A stretch of DNA of 64,000 bases from a virus. Of this stretch, positions 57,401-64,000 are shown in pieces; position 1 is the first letter of the stretch, and the number at the start of each line of letters is the position of its first letter. Position numbers and translations under genes: made by a program. The stretch lies in the IMG/VR virus record IMGVR_UViG_3300033518_000130, one strand, 5' to 3'. The notes below the pieces were generated by a model. The model saw only the letters and a program-made list of their open reading frames with translations. It was not told the DNA's origin and made no database searches.

Positions 57401-58121
57401 TCCTATTATGGCTAAGAAAACTATATATGGTAGAGCAGGTCTTCAATTTAGAACGTGGATGATTGATGGTTTTAGACAAAGATGGGGTGATAGAACAGGT
57501 AGAAGAGATAATATATTAGAACTAGATATTAAAGGTAGATATTGGAGTGCTATCGATGCAATTATAGAAGAAGGTTGGAAAGGTGCAGGAGCTATGAGTT
57601 TAGAATTATTAAGAAAATTTATACCTCCTATTGGAGGATTAAGGAATAAATATAATCCTTTAGAAAGTCTTAAAACTAATGGTAAATTAACTCAAACTGA
57701 TGTTAATAATATTCGAAAAACAATGACTGAATTAGCTTTATATATAATGGTTTTAAGTACTTTTGCGATAGCTAGAGGATTCTTTGATGATTTAGATGAT
57801 GATGACCCTAAAAAACTACTTTGGAATATGTTAAATAACCAAAGCACTAGAATAAAAACAGATTTATTATTTTATAGTAATCCTAAAGAGTTTATGAAAC
57901 TGATTAAAGATCCTGTTCCAGCATTAGCTTTAGTAAAAGATGGAATAGATATTACAAAATCTTTAACTATGTTAGTTATGGGAGAAGATGAAATAAAAAC
58001 AGGAGTAAATAAAGGTATGAGTAGAACTTTAAGAAGTTTAGCAAGACCTATTCCTTTAGTTAATAAAGGTTATTCTATACGTTCTAATGGAGTTATGGAT
58101 TTTAGTATATTTGATAAATAA
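51405..58121 (+). CDS. giant virion protein: N-terminal SLOG/YpsA-like Rossmann domain + NADAR-like domain, long coiled coils, C-terminal TM segments
   Basis: 2238 aa. SLOG-like motifs: SYSGAAKGGDTVW...ASDAIFAISD...DGGTGYAVQMAINLGKPVYVF. NADAR-like motifs: SWRNYMSKGIDFNGVNYKDVEEAYQKNK...HWESGGNNAFIKLLAQAY. TM-like segments: WNVIGGISNMAFGLVANII and LALYIMVLSTFAIARGFF. The start overlaps the upstream stop (TAATG). Confidence 0.5.
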   Translation: MDNCTFQINGIDKIFNSEQEVLDYINSNPIAKELIKSINRNIDTFENKVNSNETNITKTKAEIKESVNPTTFTSYSGAAKGGDTVWNDKGKKYNIGKQVNYVPDTLQKLDENQRKIVEDAYQQAVKDLGRKLLPYDWNNPNKKDENDKSIYFAGGLVRRDFLQAKASDAIFAISDIILPNEEGKPVKGKRYSNKINKAIVDGGTGYAVQMAINLGKPVYVFHQGSNKDNSTEIGWYKWESEYNLLRENTNKGKFVKVDTPILTEKFAGIGTREINEAGKQAIEDVYNKTFKSLNTNNNQNVKGEEINSYADNLAFALTNPTVTSPKGYTWSRQWTAGQNSWRNYMSKGIDFNGVNYKDVEEAYQKNKNNYPIGKARDNFMLSLIEIKLKTYPNLVEGIDKKGGVGYILNSTHQPTKQNSHWESGGNNAFIKLLAQAYQNVINNQNVNTELNNSKVEEKINISNSTNGLQNISNQSTKELVNPILEQGRYVTFNGETYIVTKQNSNGTWQIYNSTKEGTKAKKSVSEENLTLLKTKAEIINYKGTDYIVTPKKTIISLTTNKKMEWGEENGDRRSILGLAEKKSDSVSVVSTSTTSNNKSITIKIPTPKQFKTPKQKVKDNSPLINTGDKKTEALTRLGFKNNSNEIGLKALITRTIGDEPALVSIKDLLFKAIDNQKLNDLPVFIDNNLSQRGELKSNNGIPLYIKINPNKIIPDSNKLFTTKDEAEIKKVLLEEILHAVTKGALVKTNSKLVNDLTNIRTEALELLEGSYPSLNSVISKINEKKPLNKKDYIIYKLSNNTEFIQAFIQEPNFRKILADIGKDTKTLTVPTSILARLKSWLSDLFSSLFPNTKDVSNLARRAVVTTFQILEDSSILEESSIIKTKNSLISEFILKDDKGNNLVINNATEVAEFINNNVRNIRAFVNEDNTIDLQYIDSAQGTVSDYNISYSDEFEDFENITNNVEDFIDAGNFNLKSLTSYLNQTLKRLKDNKRRIRIELDETTDTVKQKELNTEIERINDKISKLSEIRNNSTSLSNGLEKKEVINLALEQLDEVERQLKSPILSATELLTLSGTVNFWNQAKDLLFTEEDYNDTELLKDFGGIQAVATTTSKKVLTKMKDYLESSVVLGNESIDTLMEAFKDVNWITSQATDISTTGNALLEGVWKVVKKANYDTTREGEEYHKKIDKSYEKIKNKVKGNNINDIFSAFKQKNKNGKLTQNYVHRYTFEYSNALNKVLSGTSGGSNAQNYLSLAKFYSDNQLDYSLIKLFPKEITHESILLQEKEEKRIIDEIGVAHYNEWYEKQSKQLENYKNDLEATIRFKKDNYKEEVVKVFDNKHSNMLNSDNINKEYLAKQLLEEKEIILKSIESEKYAPLVKFIKQYEQKNSPYYLQGTINAFKNKNKLQEEYKSLDITKLKEKAALQEKILDIDKQKQMFISSFNIDNNLFANKYFTSLPKQKLNNGDNIYDKDFEVIENDKDLKEFYDLMQDTFQNLSKYLPYSERKQIMYGGIPMIEKTMFEMFMGKGYKLGWTPIKTEMDKLFQVVGKENTNSVKDFSTNKIEEELSTGLRFDSYQDFQDKVLLKKIDYYKANPEKEKEFIDNPEKEADLIEKLEEETRDELAKDKSFDLVKIMKLYNVAVTGYKHKAKIEDSLKVAQIVLDSYEEVRRDSEGKPLRDSINSTISKKAKEDSFVNMKKQFDYYIDATMYNKSREINRGKIIYTKEESIKKKKLEKYIEEYNEDLLKLDIKINEIENKISKETNMNLKESLEKDLQSLLIQKSRINININNSEQLISKLGNHRDKNAPIDIAIKWNQWNGMGWNVIGGISNMAFGLVANIIEGSGNELYNNSQLFKAYTKVLRHSSLKNLTFNKWETDEAFKIRKGMNKLNILNDASEELTNSSSWDTKKKLDWLHWANINKRTEYINQAPLFIVMMQNTKYTTPNGKIISLMEGFNKDFNWDTTKYGAEPSDLIFKTKIKIDQLIKNRTHGNYDPLSPIMAKKTIYGRAGLQFRTWMIDGFRQRWGDRTGRRDNILELDIKGRYWSAIDAIIEEGWKGAGAMSLELLRKFIPPIGGLRNKYNPLESLKTNGKLTQTDVNNIRKTMTELALYIMVLSTFAIARGFFDDLDDDDPKKLLWNMLNNQSTRIKTDLLFYSNPKEFMKLIKDPVPALALVKDGIDITKSLTMLVMGEDEIKTGVNKGMSRTLRSLARPIPLVNKGYSIRSNGVMDFSIFDK
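53139..53155 (-). repeat. CTYTCGGC-motif copy 16
   Basis: Plus strand gccgagaagaagagtga. With flanks, 20 of 22 nt are identical to copy 3. Confidence 0.8.
54589..54606 (+). repeat. CTYTCGGC-motif copy 17
   Basis: cacctatcctttcggcta. Confidence 0.8.
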
Positions 58122-58290
58122 TATACTAATAAAATGCAAAAATTTTAAAATTTAGACCTTTTGAGAATCGCTTAAAAAATTTTCATTGAGTAATTATTCA
58201 GAATACTCAAATCTCAAAGGATTTAAATATGAAAATTTTTATTTAATTACACTTTGCTTTGAAATTTTTTATAATGCCTTAAAATCAATA

Positions 58291-58327
58291 AAAAACCTAT
58301 AAACTATTATATTTATAGGTTTTTTTT
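58291..58327. terminator. bidirectional rho-independent terminator between convergent modules
   Basis: 9-bp stem acctataaa / tttataggt, flanked by an A-run on the left and a 7-T run on the right. It lies between the + gene ending at 58121 and the - gene ending at 58331. Confidence 0.7.
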
Positions 58328-58330
58328 ATT

Positions 58331-58807
58331 TTAATTATCAAAGAAATTTGCTTTTAATATTAAATCTTTAAAATCAATATCTTGATAACCTTTAGTATCT
58401 TTTATTTTTAAATTATATATTATAATTTCTTCATTAAGATTAATAGTCTTAACTTCAGGATTTAGTATTAACTGTTTAGGTAATCCTGCTTTAGTTCTAA
58501 ATACACTTAAAGTATTATTTAGTATATATTCCCAAGCATATTTTTCTAATAATTCATTATCGTTTTTTGTTTTATTATTATATTTAGTTTTAAGAATATT
58601 ATAATTACTATTAGCATTTTTTAAATCTTCAAGAACGTCTTTATTATAATATAATAAATCCGTATTTTCTTTTAGCATTGTAAAAGATTCTTTTTGTAAA
58701 GTTTCAAATTTTTGTTTAAGAATATAATATTTATTACTATATTGATATATTATTATAGTTAATATTAATAATACTACTATAAGTCCTATTACGTATTTAA
58801 TATCCAT
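58331..58807 (-). CDS. membrane-anchored protein (N-terminal TM helix), function unknown
   Basis: 158 aa. VIGLIVVLLILTIIIY signal-anchor followed by a coiled-coil-like region. Confidence 0.5.
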   Translation of the reverse strand: MDIKYVIGLIVVLLILTIIIYQYSNKYYILKQKFETLQKESFTMLKENTDLLYYNKDVLEDLKNANSNYNILKTKYNNKTKNDNELLEKYAWEYILNNTLSVFRTKAGLPKQLILNPEVKTINLNEEIIIYNLKIKDTKGYQDIDFKDLILKANFFDN

Positions 58808-58821
58808 TTTGTTTTAATTTT

Positions 58822-59838
58822 TTAATTTAATATTAATTTTATTGTTTCTGTTCGTGTTTTTTCATTTATTGAAAAATCATTTATAAAAAATCTTTCATCA
58901 TTAGAATACTCTTTAATATTTTGTAAGTAACCACTTACTGCATTAAATACTCCCCAACCAGTTCCTACAATCTCTTCTTGACCTATTCCTGTTTGATAGT
59001 ATGTAAATACGTCATTAAGTATTTTTTGATTTTTACTTAATTTAATCATATTATCAGTATTATATAAATCTAATTTTAAAGAGTTGCTAATAATAAGTTT
59101 AGCTTTTTCATCAGTAATAGATTTATTATAAATCTCTGTAAAAAGTTTATAATAATTATCTTTTTGATTATTACTTATTTGTAATACTTTTTTTGCTAAT
59201 TCTAGTTTATTTCTATAATTTTTAGTATGTTTAATAGATATTTTATCTTTAGCTGAATTTACAGCTATTGATAAAGTATTATTACAAACTACTCTAATAG
59301 GAGTAAACATAACTTTAATTGCACTACTACCATCATGGCTCATAGTGAATAAAAGATAATTATCAATATTATCTGTATTACCTATACAAATTTCAGGTAA
59401 TTTAGCAGTAATAAAGACAGTTTCTCCATTACCTAACGCTCCCACTGTTTCATATTGTGCCTGTCCTTCTCCTATAATATTATCGAAAAAATCAAATGCT
59501 TCTGTATTTTGAACAGGAGTATATTTATTTCCTACAATACCTAATATTTCATTAGTATCTGTTCTATAAGTAGCAAAAGCATTAGAAACTACAGAAACTT
59601 CTCTTAATTCTTTTTTATTCCTAAATACTTTAACCGTTTTCTTAGATTCTTCTACTGATAATTCTTCTCCTGTTACAGCTAATAAAGGAGCAAGATTTAC
59701 TTTAAAATCTAATCCTCCTAGTTTAATAGCTTCTTCTGATGTCATAGCATCTACAACTTTTCCAAGTCTATGCCAAGCTATCTCTTTTTTTGAAACAAAG
59801 GAAATATTATTTCCTTTACTATTTAAATTATGCGACAT
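58822..59838 (-). CDS. DUF932 / phage-plasmid-like protein (TIGR03299-like)
   Basis: 338 aa. The N-terminal EIAWHRLGKVVDAMTSEEAIKLGGLDFKV matches the remembered AWHGLG...agLdw signature of the DUF932 family. Confidence 0.5.
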   Translation of the reverse strand: MSHNLNSKGNNISFVSKKEIAWHRLGKVVDAMTSEEAIKLGGLDFKVNLAPLLAVTGEELSVEESKKTVKVFRNKKELREVSVVSNAFATYRTDTNEILGIVGNKYTPVQNTEAFDFFDNIIGEGQAQYETVGALGNGETVFITAKLPEICIGNTDNIDNYLLFTMSHDGSSAIKVMFTPIRVVCNNTLSIAVNSAKDKISIKHTKNYRNKLELAKKVLQISNNQKDNYYKLFTEIYNKSITDEKAKLIISNSLKLDLYNTDNMIKLSKNQKILNDVFTYYQTGIGQEEIVGTGWGVFNAVSGYLQNIKEYSNDERFFINDFSINEKTRTETIKLILN

Positions 59839-59859
59839 ATTATTCTTTTATTAGTATTA

Positions 59860-60321
59860 TTATATAAATAAACTTTTAACAGCATACATACAACTAGTTT
59901 CTAATTCTGTTTGAGCTATTGCTAATTCTCTAATTCCTTTACCTTTTGATTTCATCTGTTCAAGAAAATCAATTAAATAAGCATATTTTTGTTTAAGTAC
60001 TTCTACTTCTTTATTAGCAGAAGGATTAAAATTTCTTTGTACTCTATTTTCTCCTAAAGTAAGAGGTCTTTGTGTTCCGTCATCTATTTCCATAATATTA
60101 TTACTTTTACCTATACAAGCGAGGTTTTTAATTTTACTATTTATTATTATATCTTCTTTAGCTAACATTACTCTTTTAGCTCTTTGTACTATTTCCTCTT
60201 CTCTTATTCTTGAATTATAATGAGGTACATATATACCTAAATCATAAGCCATAAGAAAATTATGGATTTCACTAGCATCAGCATTTGGATTATGTAATTG
60301 ATAAAAATTATATATATTCAT
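59860..60321 (-). CDS. hypothetical protein
   Basis: 153 aa. C-terminal helix RELAIAQTELETSCMYAVKSL, of a type common in small phage proteins. Function not assignable. Confidence 0.5.
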   Translation of the reverse strand: MNIYNFYQLHNPNADASEIHNFLMAYDLGIYVPHYNSRIREEEIVQRAKRVMLAKEDIIINSKIKNLACIGKSNNIMEIDDGTQRPLTLGENRVQRNFNPSANKEVEVLKQKYAYLIDFLEQMKSKGKGIRELAIAQTELETSCMYAVKSLFI

Positions 60322-60332
60322 ATTTTTATTAT

Positions 60333-60650
60333 TTAATCGAAATTAACTTTACCTACTATTTTCCAAGCTTCTTTTAAATTAAAATCTTTAGATATAGCAT
60401 AGTATTCTCTACCATCTTCTGCAACTATTCCTATTGATATTAAATCAATAGTAGGTTTTGTTTTACTATATTTAAAACCTAAAAAAGTTTTATCTTGAGT
60501 ACCTTCAAGAAATTCTGTATCTATAAAATATTTCATTGTTTTATTTTCTTTAATTCCTAAATAATTAATAGCTCTTTCTTTAGAATTATTATATAACCAA
60601 CATACACCCTTAATATAATCAAGTAATGTAGGAGCAAGAGGTTTTATCAT
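60333..60650 (-). CDS. DEDD-type 3'-5' exonuclease, N-terminal fragment only (possibly truncated/pseudogene)
   Basis: MKYFIDTEFLEG...IDLISIGIVAEDGREYYAISKDFNLKEAW carries the ExoI DxE motif of Rv2179c-like exoribonucleases. The ORF stops about 10 aa later, without ExoII or ExoIII. Confidence 0.4.
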   Translation of the reverse strand: MIKPLAPTLLDYIKGVCWLYNNSKERAINYLGIKENKTMKYFIDTEFLEGTQDKTFLGFKYSKTKPTIDLISIGIVAEDGREYYAISKDFNLKEAWKIVGKVNFD

Positions 60651-61675
60651 TACTCTACTCCTTTTAAATGATCATATTCTTCTCCTTCTTCAAAAATACT
60701 AAAATCTAATCCTTTTCCAAATTTAGGTTTAGTTATTATAGTTTTACCCATAAAATCAAATGATTTATTAAATTTATCATCTTTAATAATAAGTTCTAAA
60801 GTATCTATAAGATAATCTACTTTCCTTATACACCATTTCTGATAGTCTGTATCTATAGTAGGAATACTATAATTACCTTTATCATCATATAGTATATAAT
60901 TAAAATACCCTAATCTACCTAATATTTCTCTTTCGGCTAATCCATACATTCCTATTTGAATATCATATCCATATTTAATAATATCAAATATAAATTTATC
61001 AGGTACTAAATTACTTACAAATTTTAAATCTGTAACACCTTTTAATTCATCATTATTATTAAATATATCCATTTTAACAATAATTTCCCAACTTTTGTAA
61101 TTAAAGGTAAAATCTTTAATTGTTTCAGCTTGTTCAAGATAAACTATAATTTCTTCTTTAGTTTTAAGATTTTCTGCTATTTGGTAAGCCGAAAGGTAGG
61201 TGGAGTTATTTACTATTTCTTTACCTTTTACCATATCTATACAATATTGAGCTAAACATAAAACTTTAGCATCAGCTTTACCTCTTGCATAATGATTACT
61301 AAAACAAGAAGCTATATAAGATTCTGCTAAAGATATACTTAAATCTTTATTATTAAGTTTATCTTGTAATAGTGATTTTATTACCTCTTCACATAATCCT
61401 TTTTGATTATCTGAAGTACTACTAGGAGTATGTTTTAAAACACTAAAAGAATCATTAAACTTATCAGGGTTTAATAATAATACATCTACCATAGTTCCCA
61501 AAGAGCTTTTACTAGCTGATTTAGATACTAATCCTAATTTTTCTTTTTTTCTTTGTAATAAATACCCCATAAAATTTATAGGGCTATTTAAATGTTTTAA
61601 AGTACTATAAGAAAGTTTTATTTTCTTACCTTTTAAATCTTGTTTAATTTCTTGTATTAATTCTACGTCTATCAT
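60650..61675 (-). CDS. PD-(D/E)XK (RecB/Cas4-like) exonuclease
   Basis: 341 aa. Motifs: LSYSTLKHL, GTMVDVLLL, VKMDIFNNNDELKGVTDLKFV (D...DxK) and YDIQIGMYGL (QxxxY). Confidence 0.55.
   Translation of the reverse strand: MIDVELIQEIKQDLKGKKIKLSYSTLKHLNSPINFMGYLLQRKKEKLGLVSKSASKSSLGTMVDVLLLNPDKFNDSFSVLKHTPSSTSDNQKGLCEEVIKSLLQDKLNNKDLSISLAESYIASCFSNHYARGKADAKVLCLAQYCIDMVKGKEIVNNSTYLSAYQIAENLKTKEEIIVYLEQAETIKDFTFNYKSWEIIVKMDIFNNNDELKGVTDLKFVSNLVPDKFIFDIIKYGYDIQIGMYGLAEREILGRLGYFNYILYDDKGNYSIPTIDTDYQKWCIRKVDYLIDTLELIIKDDKFNKSFDFMGKTIITKPKFGKGLDFSIFEEGEEYDHLKGVE
60924..60939 (+). repeat. CTYTCGGC-motif copy 18
   Basis: atttctctttcggcta, on the plus strand and therefore antisense to the minus-strand CDS 60650..61675. 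Confidence 0.8.
61188..61205 (-). repeat. CTYTCGGC-motif copy 19
   Basis: Plus strand gccgaaaggtaggtggag, reverse complement ctccacctacctttcggc. Sense to CDS 60650..61675, read as L-S-A. Confidence 0.8.
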
Positions 61676-61679
61676 AATA

Positions 61680-62711
61680 TTATTTTTTTAATAAACTTCT
61701 ATATTGTATAAATCCTTTAAAGTTCCTACAAACTCCACTTGTAACAACTCCGTCTTCAATAACTAAATAATTATCATAATCCTCTTTAGTCATTACTTTA
61801 GCTACGTGTTCAAAAGGACTAGCGTGAAATGGATCGCTAATAATCATTTTATCATATATGTTAATATAGTATTGTAAATCTTTTTGTTTATCTTCATCTA
61901 TAGTAGTATAACTAATATTAGCACATTTACCTATAGACGCTTTTACTAATGTTTCAAGATAGTCATTATAATCCTTAAAACTATACATACTTTTAGGCAT
62001 TAATTTATCTAATTCTTTATAATAAGGAATATGATAAGCGTTATCACCTCCTCTTTTATCAGGTTCAGATTTATTATAAGCATCGTACATACATTCTGCA
62101 AGTTCTCTCATATGAATTTCTGCTTGTCCTTTATTAAATATAATCCACTCAAGTTCTGTTTTAGGGATTATAAAAGGCTCTGCTGAGAATTGACTATCTT
62201 CTATATAGTTTTTTCTACAAGAATAAACTTCTCCTACAGAGGTTTTATAAACACTATTTCTTTGATTAAAGAAATTAATTAATCCATCTTTAGAAGTACT
62301 AACAACTGCTTTATGCCACATAAAAGGTTCAAGTAATCTATTAGAAATTTGTTTAGTAATTTTATTATTATCAAATATTACAGCTTGTGATATAGCTAAA
62401 TCTCTAGCAGCTAACCATCTATTTCTATAATCACTTATTTTATTTTCGTCTGTTACATATTCATAACCTTGCATACCTGAATGAGTTTTTTGCCAAGCAA
62501 TAGGAATAAAAGTATTTTCTTTTACAGTTTTAATCGTTCTTTTAAATGGTATAGCTCTACTACTTGAACTACTTCTAGTAAATGCTCTATGAGTATTTAA
62601 TTCACTTAAAATAATTCTAGGAAATGTTAATTCAAATGATACTAAATCATCTCCCATTTCATTTATAGTATGGGCTACTATTTCAACTGATATTTTAGTT
62701 TGTTGTTTCAT
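61680..62711 (-). CDS. thyX: flavin-dependent thymidylate synthase ThyX-like protein (atypical)
   Basis: FELTFPRIILSELNTHRAFTRSSSSSRAIPF parallels the ThyX signature ...RHRxxSxxxxSxRY, but with THR in place of RHR. At 343 aa it is longer than typical ThyX. Confidence 0.5.
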   Translation of the reverse strand: MKQQTKISVEIVAHTINEMGDDLVSFELTFPRIILSELNTHRAFTRSSSSSRAIPFKRTIKTVKENTFIPIAWQKTHSGMQGYEYVTDENKISDYRNRWLAARDLAISQAVIFDNNKITKQISNRLLEPFMWHKAVVSTSKDGLINFFNQRNSVYKTSVGEVYSCRKNYIEDSQFSAEPFIIPKTELEWIIFNKGQAEIHMRELAECMYDAYNKSEPDKRGGDNAYHIPYYKELDKLMPKSMYSFKDYNDYLETLVKASIGKCANISYTTIDEDKQKDLQYYINIYDKMIISDPFHASPFEHVAKVMTKEDYDNYLVIEDGVVTSGVCRNFKGFIQYRSLLKK

Positions 62712-63399
62712 AAATGTTTATCGTTCTATTTTTAATTATTTTTTTTATTTCCTCTTCTTTATTTTCTTGTTTTTCATATTCATAAATATTAAAAACATCA
62801 TATTTATTTTTTAGAATATTACATAATAAACTAATGTGTAATATTCTATTTATTAATACTTCATAATCAAAGCTCATTTCTCCTATTCTAAATTCAAAAG
62901 TTTTAAATTCAGAATTTAATCTTACCCAACTATGACTATTATCTATTTCTCTTTTATTATAACGTCCTTTATAATTCCATTTATCTAATTCGTTTAGAAT
63001 AAATTCTTTATTAATATTTAAAAAACTTTTATCATTAACTATACTATCAAAATAAAAATCTTCACTAAAATCAACGTGGTAATGAATACCACTTAGTATA
63101 TTAATAATAGAATTTTTCTTTAATTTATCACAAATAAGATAAAGACAGTATAAACCATTAATACCATTAGGTATTCTAAATCTTTGTTCATTACTATCTA
63201 TATTTACATCTAGAATATTAGATATATTAGTAAAATCTTCAATATTAAAATCTTCTGATTTACCACATTCTATTTCAATACCTATAGAATAAGGTAGATA
63301 TTTAATACCTACCTTTTCTATATTTATATTTAAAGAGTTTAATAAAAAAGGATTAGTTTTAATAAGATATTCTATATCTAATTCCTTAGTATTCTCCAT
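62695..63399 (-). CDS. glutamine-synthetase-fold amidoligase-like protein
   Basis: Three motifs in order: GIEIECG (ExE), SGIHYHVDF (HxH) and TFEFRIGE (ExR). This is the arrangement of carboxylate-amine ligase / Amidoligase_2 proteins. Confidence 0.45.
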   Translation of the reverse strand: MENTKELDIEYLIKTNPFLLNSLNINIEKVGIKYLPYSIGIEIECGKSEDFNIEDFTNISNILDVNIDSNEQRFRIPNGINGLYCLYLICDKLKKNSIINILSGIHYHVDFSEDFYFDSIVNDKSFLNINKEFILNELDKWNYKGRYNKREIDNSHSWVRLNSEFKTFEFRIGEMSFDYEVLINRILHISLLCNILKNKYDVFNIYEYEKQENKEEEIKKIIKNRTINIYETTN

Positions 63400-63823
63400 G
63401 TTTTTTAATTGTAGATTTAGTTTCTTCTAATTTCTTTTCCTCTATTTTATCTTTTTTATGTTTATCTAATAGGGAACTTACTCTATTATATTCTTCATCA
63501 GATAAAAATTCTTTTTCTTCTAAATCTGATAAAGATAAAACTTCTGTATTATTAATAGTTTTTTCTTTTATATCTTCTAATTTTTTTAAAATCTTTTCCG
63601 ATTTAACTTTTTTCTTTTTTAGCTCTTCTTGTTTTTTAATAAAAATAAGAAGTATTTTATTTTCTAAAGTTTTAGAATTTTTAGAATTATAAGAAATAAC
63701 TAATTGTTTTATTTCTTCTCTTTCAGTTTTTTCTACTATTTTTTTACTATATTTTTGTTCATCAAGAACAATAATAACGTTTTGCCCTATAGCTTTGTAG
63801 CTAATTTCTTTTTTTGTTGCCAT
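63386..63823 (-). CDS. K/E-rich coiled-coil protein, function unknown
   Basis: 145-aa ORF overlapping the downstream gene by 14 nt. Confidence 0.5.
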   Translation of the reverse strand: MATKKEISYKAIGQNVIIVLDEQKYSKKIVEKTEREEIKQLVISYNSKNSKTLENKILLIFIKKQEELKKKKVKSEKILKKLEDIKEKTINNTEVLSLSDLEEKEFLSDEEYNRVSSLLDKHKKDKIEEKKLEETKSTIKKHGEY

Positions 63824-64000
63824 AATTTTAATTTTTAATCTTTATTATTTAATTTCTCTAAATTTAAATTGAGTTTTATTAATTTAGTAGTTCTATTAAT
63901 TTTAATAAGTTCTTCATTAGGAATATAATGAGTTATATATAAAAAAATATTTAATTTATCTTTAACTTTTTTATATTCTTTAAAAAGTTCTATTATATAA

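Noticed and set aside
59860-60321. ORF 59860..60321 as the frameshifted continuation of the truncated DEDD exonuclease
   Set aside because: It is in the -1 frame relative to the fragment and contains FLMAYDLG, but it has no ExoII/ExoIII (H-x-A-x-x-D) motifs. Its C-terminal half looks like a different helical domain. No slippery sequence is present at the junction.
4711-61205. CTYTCGGC motif explained as a UUCG-type RNA tetraloop, or as a conserved LSA(Y/N) peptide
   Set aside because: About half the copies are CTCTCGGC with no TTCG, and flanks do not form a closing stem, so a tetraloop does not fit. The peptide explanation covers only 7 of 19 copies. The others are in different frames or antisense to the gene, yet keep the same nucleotide consensus.

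Overview
This is a very AT-rich (roughly 70%+ A+T by eye) double-stranded DNA phage segment with crAss-like (Crassvirales-type) architecture. The host is probably a Bacteroidota bacterium: genes lack Shine-Dalgarno sequences and there is one TTTG-N19-TAnnTTTG promoter. Layout: (i) 1-3447 holds a leftward cassette of small genes between two mirrored, strand-asymmetric non-coding tracts, plus a repeat-rich GC island. (ii) 3448-58121 is one 55-kb rightward block. In order it encodes small proteins, a PD-(D/E)XK nuclease, a PNKP-type 3'-phosphatase, TerL, portal, a scaffold-like protein, the putative major capsid protein, head/tail proteins, adhesin- and fibre-like proteins, a holin plus a YkuD-like lysin, tail/ejection proteins, and three giant ORFs of 2385, 2470 and 2238 aa. 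The middle giant ORF carries a beta-prime-like RNA polymerase catalytic motif (RIPTQGH...GSDFDADKM). (iii) 58331-64000 holds leftward replication and nucleotide-metabolism genes: DUF932-like, nucleases, ThyX-like, amidoligase-like. The module converges on the late block at a bidirectional terminator. Main observations: (1) An over-represented G-free pyrimidine tract ending in CTYTCGGC(T) occurs at least 19 times, on both strands and in several reading frames inside unrelated genes. (2) A textbook -1 frameshift cassette (G_GGA_AAG, 9-nt spacer, hairpin) would fuse an ATG-less M15/VanY peptidase domain to the 943-aa virion protein. (3) The third giant protein has an N-terminal SLOG/YpsA-like plus NADAR-like pair. 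(4) The first giant protein carries one intact and one degenerate RecB-like nuclease domain. (5) A shared C-terminal ...KELIxxICK module and a shared N-terminal Cys-containing module link the three giant genes head to tail. All functional calls rest on motifs read by eye; no database search was possible.
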